Below are positions 39,156 to 48,494 of a DNA stretch of 64,000 bases, piece by piece (the stretch's first letter is position 1; each line of letters starts with the position of its first letter). The notes under the pieces are model-generated. The model did no database searches. It worked only from the letters and a program-made list of their open reading frames with translations, and was not told where the DNA came from. The stretch comes from an uncultured delta proteobacterium. Lineage in GTDB: Bacteria; Myxococcota_A; UBA9160; SZUA-336. The position numbers were made by a program, and so were the translations under genes. The DNA is taken from positions 128,001 to 192,000 of the forward strand of contig CAVPHD010000007.1 of NCBI GenBank assembly GCA_963704165.1, written 5' to 3'.

Positions 39156-40391
39156 ATGACCATCGAACGCGACGAGTTCGGCTTCGACGCACCCGCGCCC
39201 CTCGGGCATCCGGGCCGTCTCGGGCTCGAGGCGGGCCATCCGACCGGCCCCGAGGTCGGCGAGCGTCTGCCCGACTTCCGTCTGCCCGATGCGTTCGGAC
39301 GCATGATCGAGTTTCACGCGGATCGGGGGAACGCCAGGGCGGCCGTCGTCTTCTACCGTTCGGCGGTGTGGTGACCCCCGTGCTGGACGCAGCTCGGTGA
39401 GCTGCGCGACGCGTACGAGAGATTCCGCGAAGCGGGCGTGAAGCTGTACGCGATCTCGTACGACGATCAGACGGTGCTTCGCGAGTTCGCCGAGAAGCAG
39501 GGGATTCCGTTCCCCTTGCTCTCGGATCTCGACAGCGCCGTCATCCGCAACTACGGAATCCTGAACGACCGGATCGGCGAGGACGATGGCTTCCTTTGGG
39601 GGGTCCCGTACCCGGGCGTCTACGTGACCGACGAGCGCGGTGTCGTCGTCGCGAAGTTCTTTCACGATACCTACAAGAAGCGCGACAGCCCCGAGACGCT
39701 GATCGACGCCGCGCTCGGGCGGGTCTCGCTTCACGACGATGCGCCGCGAGTCCGTTCGGAAAGCGGCGACGTGCGCATCACGGCCGCGATCCACGGTGGG
39801 CGGGGCACGATCCGGCAGGGCATCGTCCGAAAGGTCGTCGTGCGTTTCGAGCTTCGCGCGGGGCTTCACCTCTACGGTGAACCCGCGCCGGAGGGCATGA
39901 TCCCGACGATGGTCATGGTCGTCGGTCCGCCCGGACTCGTCGTCGGAGATCCGGTCTTTCCGCCGACGACGATGTTGCCCGTTCCCGGCCTCGACGTGGA
40001 GCTCTGCGTCTTCGGCGAGAGCTTCGACGTCGTCATTCCCATCCACGCCGTCGGCGAGCTCGCGAGCGAGACGCGTCCGCTCGATCTCGATTCGATTCCG
40101 ATCGACATCGCGATCCGCTACCAGGCCTGCGACAACGATCAGTGTCTGCTTCCGAGAAGCGAGAAGCTCCGCATCGAGGTGCCACTCGACGTGATCGACA
40201 TCCCTTCGATCTCGACGCACCAGGGGCACGGGCAGCGCGAGGCGCGCTTCGACGGAACGCCGCACCTTCGGCGCCTGCTGCGCCGGTCGATCCGGCGCAG
40301 CCCGCTCGGCTTCCTCCGCTTCATCGCCAAGAACCTGCGCCTCGAGCTCGCGGCATGGCGTCGCCGCCGAAGTCGGTCCGCGCGCCCGTGA
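39156..40391 (+). CDS. Selenoprotein: AhpC/TSA (peroxiredoxin-like) UxxC domain fused to a DsbD N-terminal-like domain
   Basis: ORFs 39156-39374 and 39438-40391 are one frame separated only by TGA 39372-39374, giving FYRSAVW-U-PPC-WTQLGEL...YAISYD...FPLLSD. The C-terminal part has GLHLY and YQACDNDQCLLP. Confidence 0.85.
39388..39406 (+). other. Putative bacterial SECIS element
   Basis: CGCAGCTC-GGT-GAGCTGCG: 8-bp stem with a G-first apical loop 21 nt after the UGA. Confidence 0.7.
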
Positions 40392-40507
40392 TCGCCTTCT
40401 TCGGGTATCGGTCCTGAGGACGCCCCGTCGATCGGAGCGGTATGATGGCTGCATCGTCACGACCGCCGATTCGCGCGTCGTGGCGCAACCGAGCAGGGGG
40501 CAGGACG

Positions 40508-41533
40508 ATGGCTGAGGCACGCCGGCGCTACTGGGGTTTCGTGAGTTCACTTCCCGCGCCGATCCTCGCCGCAGTTGCGCGCCAGGCCGAGGCCCAGGGG
40601 CTCGAGGGTCTGTTCGCGCCGCAGGTGTACGGCCCGCCGTGGATCCCGCTCGCCGGTGCAGCGATGGTCACGGAACGGATCAAGCTCGCGAGCGGCATCG
40701 CGATCGCGGCGGCGCGCAGCCCGTTCGAGACCGCGATGGCGGCGCTCGACATGGATCGCTTGACGGGCGGCCGCTTCGTCCTCGGGCTCGGTGCAAGCGT
40801 GCAGTCGTGGACGCGCGGTGTCTTCGGCGCGCCCGAACACCGCCCGCTCGCGCATCTACGCGAGACCGTCGCCGCGGTGCGCCACGTGATGCGCGGTGCG
40901 CACCGGGGACTCGAGCCCTTCGAAGGGGAGTACTACCGAGCCGACTTCGCCGAGCTCCAGCCCACCGCGGCACCGGTTCGTGAGGAGGTCCCCGTCTGGA
41001 TCGCGGCACTGCGTGGCCCGGCCGTGCGCCTCGCGGCCGAGATCGCCGACGGTGTGATGGGGCATCCGATGTGGTCGCTCGACTGGGCGGTCGAGCGCAT
41101 CCAGCCGGAACTCCGGGCCGGACTCGCGAGCGGTGGGCGAAAGCGCGAGGACATCGACCTGAATCTGTGGCTCTGGTGCGCGCCCGGCGCCGACGAACGC
41201 GAAGCGATCGAGGATGCGCGCGCAACGGTCGCGTTCTACGCCGGAATCGCGCAGTACGAATCCTTCTTCGCCGCGCACGGATTCGCCGAGATCGCGCGCC
41301 GCCTGCAGGAAGAGGTCAAACGCGGAGAGGTGCTCTCGCACGCGCGGCTCGTACCCGACGAGATGGTGCGCGCCTTCGTGCTGCTCGGTGACGCCGATCG
41401 GGTGCGAGCACAGGTCGAGCGGGCGTGGACCGTGGCGGACTCGCTCTGTCTCGTGCCTCCGGCCTATGCGATCGCGCCCGAGAAGCTCTTCGCCTACCAG
41501 GAGCGAATCGCCAAGCTCTTCTACGAGGGCTGA
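40508..41533 (+). CDS. LLM-class flavin/F420-dependent oxidoreductase
   Basis: TERIKLASGIAIA.ARSP, GGRFVLGLG, VPVWIAA, AAEIADG. Confidence 0.88.
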   Translation: MAEARRRYWGFVSSLPAPILAAVARQAEAQGLEGLFAPQVYGPPWIPLAGAAMVTERIKLASGIAIAAARSPFETAMAALDMDRLTGGRFVLGLGASVQSWTRGVFGAPEHRPLAHLRETVAAVRHVMRGAHRGLEPFEGEYYRADFAELQPTAAPVREEVPVWIAALRGPAVRLAAEIADGVMGHPMWSLDWAVERIQPELRAGLASGGRKREDIDLNLWLWCAPGADEREAIEDARATVAFYAGIAQYESFFAAHGFAEIARRLQEEVKRGEVLSHARLVPDEMVRAFVLLGDADRVRAQVERAWTVADSLCLVPPAYAIAPEKLFAYQERIAKLFYEG

Positions 41534-41904
41534 TCCGGCGTCGCGCGGGCGAACCCTGCGTTCATCATGACACCGTTGTGGATCAGGAACGAGAGCACGT
41601 CGGCCGATGCCCGCCGAGCCTCGAGCGACGAAAGCGCGCGGGCGGCGATGCAATCGCGCAGCTTCGCGGCGAGTTCCGCGCGGCGGGCGACGCTGACGAA
41701 GCGCTCTCCCGTTGCGCGCTTGCGCAGAAAGCAGAACGCGACCAGCGCGTCGGGATCCTGGCCGGTGAACTCGCAGAACTTCGCGAGGCTGTCGAGCTTG
41801 CCGGGATCCTCGCCGAGCGGATCGCCACCCCACTGCGCGCGCAGTCCCTCACGCCAGACCGCGACGCTCGGGTAGGCGTCGAGCGCACGCTCGAGCGCCA
41901 TCAC
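41521..41904 (-). CDS. Small hypothetical protein
   Basis: ORF directly downstream of the nitroreductase with normal codon bias (FCEFTGQDPDALV, VLSFLIHNGV). Confidence 0.65.
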   Translation of the reverse strand: MMALERALDAYPSVAVWREGLRAQWGGDPLGEDPGKLDSLAKFCEFTGQDPDALVAFCFLRKRATGERFVSVARRAELAAKLRDCIAARALSSLEARRASADVLSFLIHNGVMMNAGFARATPDQPS

Positions 41905-41905
41905 C

Positions 41906-42688
41906 TCATTCCGGTAGCGCGAGACGGCGCGCGAGCGCGCGCACTTCCTCGCGGCGGCCGGGGAGCGGGGCCGGTGTCTGGATCATGCCCGCCTTCTCCA
42001 GCTCGCGGACCACTTCCGGATCGCGCGCGAAAGGCTGGCCGAAGCGACCCTCGAAGTACAGCTCCTCGAAGGGCGGACGCGGACGCTGTCCACCGGCCTC
42101 TTTCGATTCGAGCGGGTAGCCGATGTTCAGGCAGTAGAGCGGCACCCAATCATCGGGAATCCCGAGCAACTGCTTTGCGGGCACGGGATTGAACGCCGTC
42201 CAGCAGGTGCCCAACCCCTCTTCGACGGCCATCAGAAGTCCCTGCGTGCCGGCGCCTCCGCAGTCGAAGGCGGCCGACGTGTGATATCCGGGTCCCTTCG
42301 TCATCGGCTCGAGAATCTGCGGATAGACGAATTCGTCGACGAAGCGGTGACTCCATCCATGCGTCGGATTGAGGGCGCCGACATCGACGAGCTCCTTCAG
42401 CCGCGCACCCTTCGTGCGCGTGACGATCCCCGCGTCGAGGTAACAGTAGATGTGGACGGGAGCGAGCTCCTGCACGAGACCGGCGACCGGCGTCTTCAGC
42501 TCCTCGAGCGTCGCGGCCGGAATGTCTGCGCGGTTCACGACGATGGCGCGCAGCCAGTGCGCGTTCACCGCGCACGAGGCGATTCGCATCGCTTCGAGGA
42601 TCTTCTGGATCTTCGCACGCTCGACCGGTCGATCCGGATCGAAGAAGCGGATCGATCGTCGCGCACCGAGAACACCACGTAGTTCCAT
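41906..42688 (-). CDS. Nitroreductase family protein
   Basis: RRSIRFF, LEAMRIAS, LMAVEEGLGTCW, IGYP; paralog of 54195-54983. Confidence 0.88.
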   Translation of the reverse strand: MELRGVLGARRSIRFFDPDRPVERAKIQKILEAMRIASCAVNAHWLRAIVVNRADIPAATLEELKTPVAGLVQELAPVHIYCYLDAGIVTRTKGARLKELVDVGALNPTHGWSHRFVDEFVYPQILEPMTKGPGYHTSAAFDCGGAGTQGLLMAVEEGLGTCWTAFNPVPAKQLLGIPDDWVPLYCLNIGYPLESKEAGGQRPRPPFEELYFEGRFGQPFARDPEVVRELEKAGMIQTPAPLPGRREEVRALARRLALPE

Positions 42689-42720
42689 GTTTCGACGCTA
42701 GCCCCCGAAGTGAGTGGCAC

Positions 42721-42738
42721 CTATGATGCTCATCATAG
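42721..42738. promoter_or_regulatory. Palindromic operator CTATGATG-CT-CATCATAG
   Basis: Perfect 8-bp arms in a divergent intergenic region; a near copy occurs at 52891. Confidence 0.75.
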
Positions 42739-42791
42739 CCAGCGATCGGCGCGGCTGCTGCGTTGGCGAGACGCACAAGGAGGAACGGGCC

Positions 42792-44144
42792 ATGACGATG
42801 GATTCCGAGACGCGAAAGCTGCTCGAAGAGGCCTGGTCGACGCCACTCTTCGAGTCGATCTTCACCCGACGCTCGCGGCGCTTCGGATTGGGCATGGAGA
42901 TCCGGCACGGGCCCAATGCGTTCAAGTCGCAGGCCGAGCCGCTCCCCCTCTCGTTCGAGGAGGAAGCGCTGCTCTGCATGGCGGCGACGGGGATGTCCGG
43001 CATGAACCTCGCCGACATGCCCCACACGCGGAAGGAAGAGCTCGCTCCGGGAGAGGTCTGGGACGGCAACTGCAACACGATGCTCGAATACTCGGGCCGG
43101 ACGTTCCCGAGCCCCTGCGGATCGCACGCCACGGAGCTCTTCTACGCCAACGACGAGGGCACCTACGTCGTCAAGATCCGCGGCACGCACCCCGAGCGGA
43201 TGCAGGAAATCTCACGGATGGACGATCTCGAGAAGCTCGTCGCGGTCTTCTCCGATCGGCGCGTGCAGATCTCGAGCGAGCGGATCGATCTGCCGCACTC
43301 CTCGCCGGCCTTCATGTCGTTCAACACCTGGAATGCGAACCAGCCGGGCACGACGCTCTTCATGCCGGTCTGTGACGTCACCGAGGAGCTGATCAACGGG
43401 CTCATGCTCTTCCTCGAGCAAGGGAACTACCCCGTCGACATCGAGGACGGCATGAAGCCGCTCGGTTGCGAGAAGTGGGTGAAGCAGGGGCTGGCGACGA
43501 TCCCGGTGCCGTACCAGAGCCTCGAGCCGCTCGTCGCCTTCGGCGCGTCGAGCGTCGAGGTCGGCTTCATGTCGCAGAATCTGCTGCTCGCCGAGACGGC
43601 GCTCGGCCTGGGCGGTTGGCCGTTCGGCGGTTTCAACGCGATGATGGCGCTGGGTGGCACACCTTTGTGTCGCGGTCTCGGTTTCCGCTTCGAGACGGCG
43701 GAGCACGGACCGCTCGCGGGGTTTCCATATCCGATCGGGAAGGACGGCGTATTCGAGACCCACCATCCCTACTACTTCAACGGATCGATCGACGACGCCG
43801 TCGATGACGTGATCGAGCGGAAGTGGGGCTCGGCTGGGATCTTCCATCCCTCGAACGCGGAGAACGCGCCGTACAAGAAGCCGGGGCAGATGGAGGTCGC
43901 CATCCCGCGCACGGATCCGGCGATCGTGCAGTGCACGAAGGACATCCTGAACGCGGTCTGGCGCAAGTGGGGGCGCTTTCCGGCGTTCGCCGACCCGTGC
44001 CTGCTGACGGTGATGGTGCAGGCGCAGCATCTCGACTGCGATTTCTACGACGCCTACTACCGCGACGGCGCCTACACCGAACGGCATCGCCGACACCTCG
44101 AGCGCTGGCACTCGAAGTCGCGTCGCGCGCTGCGAGCCGCCTGA
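42792..44144 (+). CDS. Large hypothetical protein with a nitroreductase/SagB-like fold
   Basis: IFTRRSRRF, RTFPSPCG and EVGFMSQNLLLAETALGLGG match the FMN-binding segments of the nitroreductase superfamily. Confidence 0.6.
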   Translation: MTMDSETRKLLEEAWSTPLFESIFTRRSRRFGLGMEIRHGPNAFKSQAEPLPLSFEEEALLCMAATGMSGMNLADMPHTRKEELAPGEVWDGNCNTMLEYSGRTFPSPCGSHATELFYANDEGTYVVKIRGTHPERMQEISRMDDLEKLVAVFSDRRVQISSERIDLPHSSPAFMSFNTWNANQPGTTLFMPVCDVTEELINGLMLFLEQGNYPVDIEDGMKPLGCEKWVKQGLATIPVPYQSLEPLVAFGASSVEVGFMSQNLLLAETALGLGGWPFGGFNAMMALGGTPLCRGLGFRFETAEHGPLAGFPYPIGKDGVFETHHPYYFNGSIDDAVDDVIERKWGSAGIFHPSNAENAPYKKPGQMEVAIPRTDPAIVQCTKDILNAVWRKWGRFPAFADPCLLTVMVQAQHLDCDFYDAYYRDGAYTERHRRHLERWHSKSRRALRAA

Positions 44145-44145
44145 G

Positions 44146-44376
44146 ATGAAAGTCGAGTCGCAAGCGGGCCGCTTCATTCTCTCGTTCGACAAGATGGAGC
44201 CGGGCGAGGGCGAGATCATCATCAGCGGAAAGATGGGCGTGTGGGATGCGCGCACCCACATGACGCTCGGCGAGTTCACGCGACTCCTGGGGATGACGCT
44301 GCGGCCGAGGATGCTCGCCTTCCTCGTGCGCGCGGTTCTCGGCTTCGGTGGCGGCAAGGCCTCCCGAACGGGCTGA
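44146..44376 (+). CDS. Small hypothetical protein
   Basis: 76-aa ORF 1 bp after the previous stop (IISGKMGVWDA). Confidence 0.6.
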   Translation: MKVESQAGRFILSFDKMEPGEGEIIISGKMGVWDARTHMTLGEFTRLLGMTLRPRMLAFLVRAVLGFGGGKASRTG

Positions 44377-44611
44377 CGGGGCCGCTGGGCGACGGGATCC
44401 GAGCTGGCATCCGGGTGCCGACCGGAGTGATCCGATGTGCAATAGTGCCCGGCGCCGTGCGGGCTCTTCCGCTCGCCGGGTAGGGACGTAAAGTGACGAT
44501 TCGATGATCTGGCTGAGGCACCTTGGCACGGCGTTGTGCTCATCGGTCAGCTCCAAGGTCGGCGACGGCAGGCCCTCTGCTGGCCCGTCGCTTGCACACC
44601 GGCCGGGCGGA

Positions 44612-46059
44612 ATGTCGTCAGGTGACGCCGGGATCCGTGCATCGCTAGAGCTACGTGCGGCTTCGCGCCGCTGGCTCGCCCTGTCGCTCGTCGTGCTCGT
44701 GCTCGCGGGACTGTTCGCGCTTGCAGTCGTCGTCGGCCGCATGCCGCCCTTCGATCGCTTCGTGACCGACCCCGTCTTCTTCAAGCGCTGTCTGATCGCT
44801 CACGTCAACATGGCGCTCGTCGCGTGGTTCTACTCGATCACGGCCGCGCTCTTCTTCCTGCTCCCATCGCAGGGCCGAGCGGGCTGGCTCGCCCGGCACT
44901 CGGTCCACGTCGCTGGGTTGGGAATCGGGATGCAGCTGGCCGGCGCGGGGGTCCCCGGCGCGGCTCCCTTGCTCTCGAACTACATTCCGACGCTCGATCA
45001 CTGGGTCTTCCAGTCCGGTCAGCTGGTCTTCGGGCTCGGCGTCCTGCTGAGCTTCGTGGACCGCCGATTCCTTCCCGGTGCCGAGCCGCTCGTCGTCGTG
45101 CCGCTGCCGCCCGGCGTGGTCAGCGGTCTTCGCGCAACGCGCGCGGCACTCCTGCTCGCCGCGCTCACGTTCGGCTTCACCTGGTTGCGGGCGCCGAGTG
45201 GTCTCGAACCGGCCGTGTACGCGGATCTGCTCGTGTGGGGACTCGGGCACGTTCTTCAGCTCGTGTGCGCGCTCGCGATGATCTCGCTCTGGCTCTGGCT
45301 GCTCGAGACCGTTCTCGGCGAGGCGCCCGTGAGCGCGCTCGCGTCGCGCTGGCTCTTTGCGGCGCTGGTTCTGCCGTGGTCGTTCGCGCCCGTGTTCGCG
45401 CTCGCGGGCACGAGCAGCATGGCGTACCAGGTCGGCTTCACCGAGCTCATGCGTTGGTGCATCGTTCCGGTCGTCGCGATCTTTCTGATCTTGTCCCTTT
45501 CCAAGGTGGTGCGGCGTGGCGCGCAGGCCGGATCTCCGCCGCGTCGCTTTCGGACCCACATCTTTCGGCTATCCTCGTCAGCGGGTTCCTGACTGTGCTC
45601 GGATTCGGGCTCGGCGCGGCAATCCGCGGGCAGAGCACGATGGTCCCAGCTCACTATCACGCCTCGGTCGGAGCGATCACGGTTTCGTTCATGGCGGGAA
45701 GCTACCTGTTGCTTCCGGTGCTCGGTCTGAAGCTTCCCGAAGGGTGGTTGCGCCGCGTGAGAGCTTGGCAACCCACCGTCTACGGAACTGGAATGCTCGT
45801 GCTCGCCGGTGGCTTCGCGCTCGCGGGCGCGCACGGGATGGGGCGCAAGATCTACGGAGCCGAGCAGGCCGCGCGCGGCACGGCAGAGACGCTGGGTCTG
45901 GGAATGATGGGTATCGGAGGCTTCGCCTCGATCGCGGGGGGAATCATGTTCCTCGCCGTCGTCGGCGTCGCTTGGATGAGTCGTGTCGGAGTCGGGTCGG
46001 CGTCGGAAAAGCTGGCCGCGTCGAGGAGGTTGGACTATGGCGCCGAAGGACCCGGGTGA
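44612..46059 (+). CDS. Degenerate heme-copper oxidase subunit I-like membrane protein (frameshift near 45515)
   Basis: About 12 hydrophobic segments; LIAHVN, WGLGHVLQ, PAHYHASVG and GMGRK parallel the subunit I motifs, but the HH pair is absent. Confidence 0.65.
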
Positions 46060-46192
46060 CATCCACCCGATTCAGAAACTCATGGACAATCCGTGGCTGC
46101 TGCTTTTTCTCGGGGTGCTCATCCCGACCGTCTCATTCACCCTCTGGGCGTGGTACGAGCTGTACGTACTGCCGCACGCAACACTGCCCTGA
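46037..46192 (+). CDS. Single-TM small subunit (subunit IIa-like)
   Basis: IQKLMDNPWLLLFLGVLIPTVSFTLWAWYEL, immediately before subunit II. Confidence 0.7.
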   Translation: MAPKDPGDIHPIQKLMDNPWLLLFLGVLIPTVSFTLWAWYELYVLPHATLP

Positions 46193-46207
46193 GCGAGGAC
46201 TGACACC

Positions 46208-46735
46208 ATGAGTATCCATCCGCCCGCGGCAGGCTGGTTCAAGGCACCCCACGGAGCCGAGCGGCTCTGGATCGGGCTCGCGATGTGTTGGTGCTTGATC
46301 ATGTCGATCGCGATGCCGTACTGGCACTTCTACGGCAAGCAGAACAGCACGGGCGAGGCCTACCGGGTCGCGCCCGGGGACTTCGCGCAGCGCGTGCAGC
46401 GCTTCGTTTCCACCAATCAAGTGGGCGAGCTGAACGGTGTTCCCATCGTGCAGCCGGCGCCCGGCGGGGACGCGTATCTGCAGGCCCAGATGTGGTCCTG
46501 GTTTCCGGTCCTGAAGCTCAAGAAGGGGCAGACCTACCGGGTGCACGTCTCGTCGATCGACCTGCAGCATGGCTTCTCGCTTCACCCACTGAACATGAAC
46601 TTCCAGGTCCTTCCGGGCTACGACCACGTGCTCACCCTGACTCCGACGAGCTCGGGGGAGTTCACGATCATCTGCAACGAGTTCTGCGGCATTGGCCACC
46701 ACGCGATGGCCGGGCGCATCCTCGTCGAGGAGTAG
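46208..46735 (+). CDS. CuA-containing subunit II of a B-family-derived heme-copper enzyme
   Basis: One TM helix; DLQHGFS and CNEFCGIGHHAM CuA ligands. Confidence 0.93.
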   Translation: MSIHPPAAGWFKAPHGAERLWIGLAMCWCLIMSIAMPYWHFYGKQNSTGEAYRVAPGDFAQRVQRFVSTNQVGELNGVPIVQPAPGGDAYLQAQMWSWFPVLKLKKGQTYRVHVSSIDLQHGFSLHPLNMNFQVLPGYDHVLTLTPTSSGEFTIICNEFCGIGHHAMAGRILVEE

Positions 46736-46739
46736 AGTG

Positions 46740-48494
46740 ATGACGACCACCACGATTGGCGCAGACGTGACTCTCGGCGAGACAGCCGGAAACCACCCGC
46801 GGGGGGAGGTGCGGGCCTGCGACACGACTGGCCTGCCGATCTGCCTGACCGCGCAGCGCTTCATCAAGCTTCACGCGGTCGTCGCCGTCGTCTTTCTGCT
46901 GATCGGTGGCGTTGCCGCGATTCTGATCGGGCTCACTCGCTGGCCGGCCGTGCACCTTCTTCCCGCGGATTGGTACTACCGGCTGGTGACGCTCCACGGT
47001 CTGGACATGCTGATCGTGATGATCCTGAACTTCGAGATCGCGATTCTCTATTTCGCGGGATCGTTCCTGCTGAACAGCCGGCTGTTCTCGAAGACGCTGT
47101 CGTGGATCACGTTCGCGCTGATGCTGATCGGCGCGGTGATGTGCAACGCGACGGTGCTGATGGGCAAGGCCGATGTCATGTACACGTCGTACGTACCGCT
47201 TCGCGCAGACCCGCAGTTCTATCTGGGATTGATCCTGTTCACCGTCGGGACGCTGCTGGGCGTGATCAATTTCTTCGGCACGGTCTACATCGCCAAGCGC
47301 GACCACACCTACGAGGGCTCCGTGCCGCTCGTCACGTTCGGTGCGATTGCCGCGGCGATCATCGCGGTCGCTACGCTCCTGCACGCGGCCACGACGATGA
47401 TCCCGACCTATCTGTGGTCGATCAACGTGCTCTCCTCGATCGACCCGGAGTGGTACCGCGTCACGTGGTGGGGACTCGGGCACATGAGCCAGCAGGTGAA
47501 CGTCTGCGCGATGGTCTCGGTCTGGTATCTGCTCGGTACTCTCACGGTCGGCTCGAAGCCTCTGTCCGAGGCCGTCTGCAGGGGCGCGTTCCTGCTCTAC
47601 ATCCTGTTCATCAACCTCGCCTCGGCCCACCACGAGTTGGTCGATCCTGGCGTCAGCGCGAGCTGGAAGATCTGGAACACCTCGTACGCGATGTACCTCG
47701 CGGTGCTTGCGTCGATGATCCACGGCTTCACGGTCCCGGCGTCGATCGAGGTGGCGATGCGGGCGAAGGGCTTCAAGCGCGGTCTCTTCGGCTGGCTGGC
47801 CAACGCGCCGTGGTCCAACCCGGGCTTTTCGGGGTTCTTCCTGTCGCTGGTGATCTTCGGCTTCGGCGGCGGCATCACCGGAGTCACCCTCGGGACGCAG
47901 CAGATCAACATCATGGCGCACAACACGCTGCGCATCCCGGGCCACTTCCACGTCACCGTCGTCGGGGGCACGGCGCTCGCGTTCATGGCGGTGACGTACT
48001 ACGTCGTGCCGCTGGTCTTCCAACGTGAGTTCTACGCGAAGGCGTTGTGCCGTCTGCAGCCGTACCTCTTCGGGATCGGAATCACGACGATGGCGATCGG
48101 GATGTCGTTCGCCGGCTCCTACGGTGTTCCGCGCCGCCACTGGGACGTCGAGTTCAGCGGCTCGCCGTTCGCGCCCGGATTCGATTCCGGTGCGCACGTG
48201 ATGCTCGGCCTGCTCGGCGTCGGCGCCGTCATCGCCTTCACGGCTGTGCTTCTCTTCGTCCTGCTCGTGGTCGCGGCCGTGTTCTTCGGCCGTTCGAATG
48301 CGGGCCGTCCGATGGAGCCCTGGCACGTCGAGCGTGGCGTGACCGCCGCGCCGAGGTCCTCGCACGGCGCGGGCGAGGAGGAAGACCACCGCACGCCGGG
48401 AACACTGGTGCTCGTGGGCGTGTTTCTGGCGTCGTTCGCGGTCTACTACTTCGCGAACTGGCTCTGGCTCTCGGACGTCTGGCACGTTCGATGA
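46740..48494 (+). CDS. Heme-copper oxidoreductase subunit I, B-family-derived, probable eNOR-type nitric oxide reductase
   Basis: TLHG, WWGLGHMSQQVN (Gln at H+4 instead of Tyr), SAHH, GHFH, GVPRR. Confidence 0.85.
   Translation: MTTTTIGADVTLGETAGNHPRGEVRACDTTGLPICLTAQRFIKLHAVVAVVFLLIGGVAAILIGLTRWPAVHLLPADWYYRLVTLHGLDMLIVMILNFEIAILYFAGSFLLNSRLFSKTLSWITFALMLIGAVMCNATVLMGKADVMYTSYVPLRADPQFYLGLILFTVGTLLGVINFFGTVYIAKRDHTYEGSVPLVTFGAIAAAIIAVATLLHAATTMIPTYLWSINVLSSIDPEWYRVTWWGLGHMSQQVNVCAMVSVWYLLGTLTVGSKPLSEAVCRGAFLLYILFINLASAHHELVDPGVSASWKIWNTSYAMYLAVLASMIHGFTVPASIEVAMRAKGFKRGLFGWLANAPWSNPGFSGFFLSLVIFGFGGGITGVTLGTQQINIMAHNTLRIPGHFHVTVVGGTALAFMAVTYYVVPLVFQREFYAKALCRLQPYLFGIGITTMAIGMSFAGSYGVPRRHWDVEFSGSPFAPGFDSGAHVMLGLLGVGAVIAFTAVLLFVLLVVAAVFFGRSNAGRPMEPWHVERGVTAAPRSSHGAGEEEDHRTPGTLVLVGVFLASFAVYYFANWLWLSDVWHVR

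Noticed and set aside
42792..44376. RiPP (azole) cluster suggested by the SagB-like protein and small ORF
   Set aside because: There is no YcaO or E1-like protein, and the 76-aa ORF is not Cys/Ser/Thr-rich like a precursor.
44524..44539. Sigma54 promoter or FNR/NorR boxes for the NOR operon
   Set aside because: The GG-GC spacing is 11 rather than 10 and I found no convincing TTGAT-N4-ATCAA or GT-N7-AC array, so it is not called as a feature.
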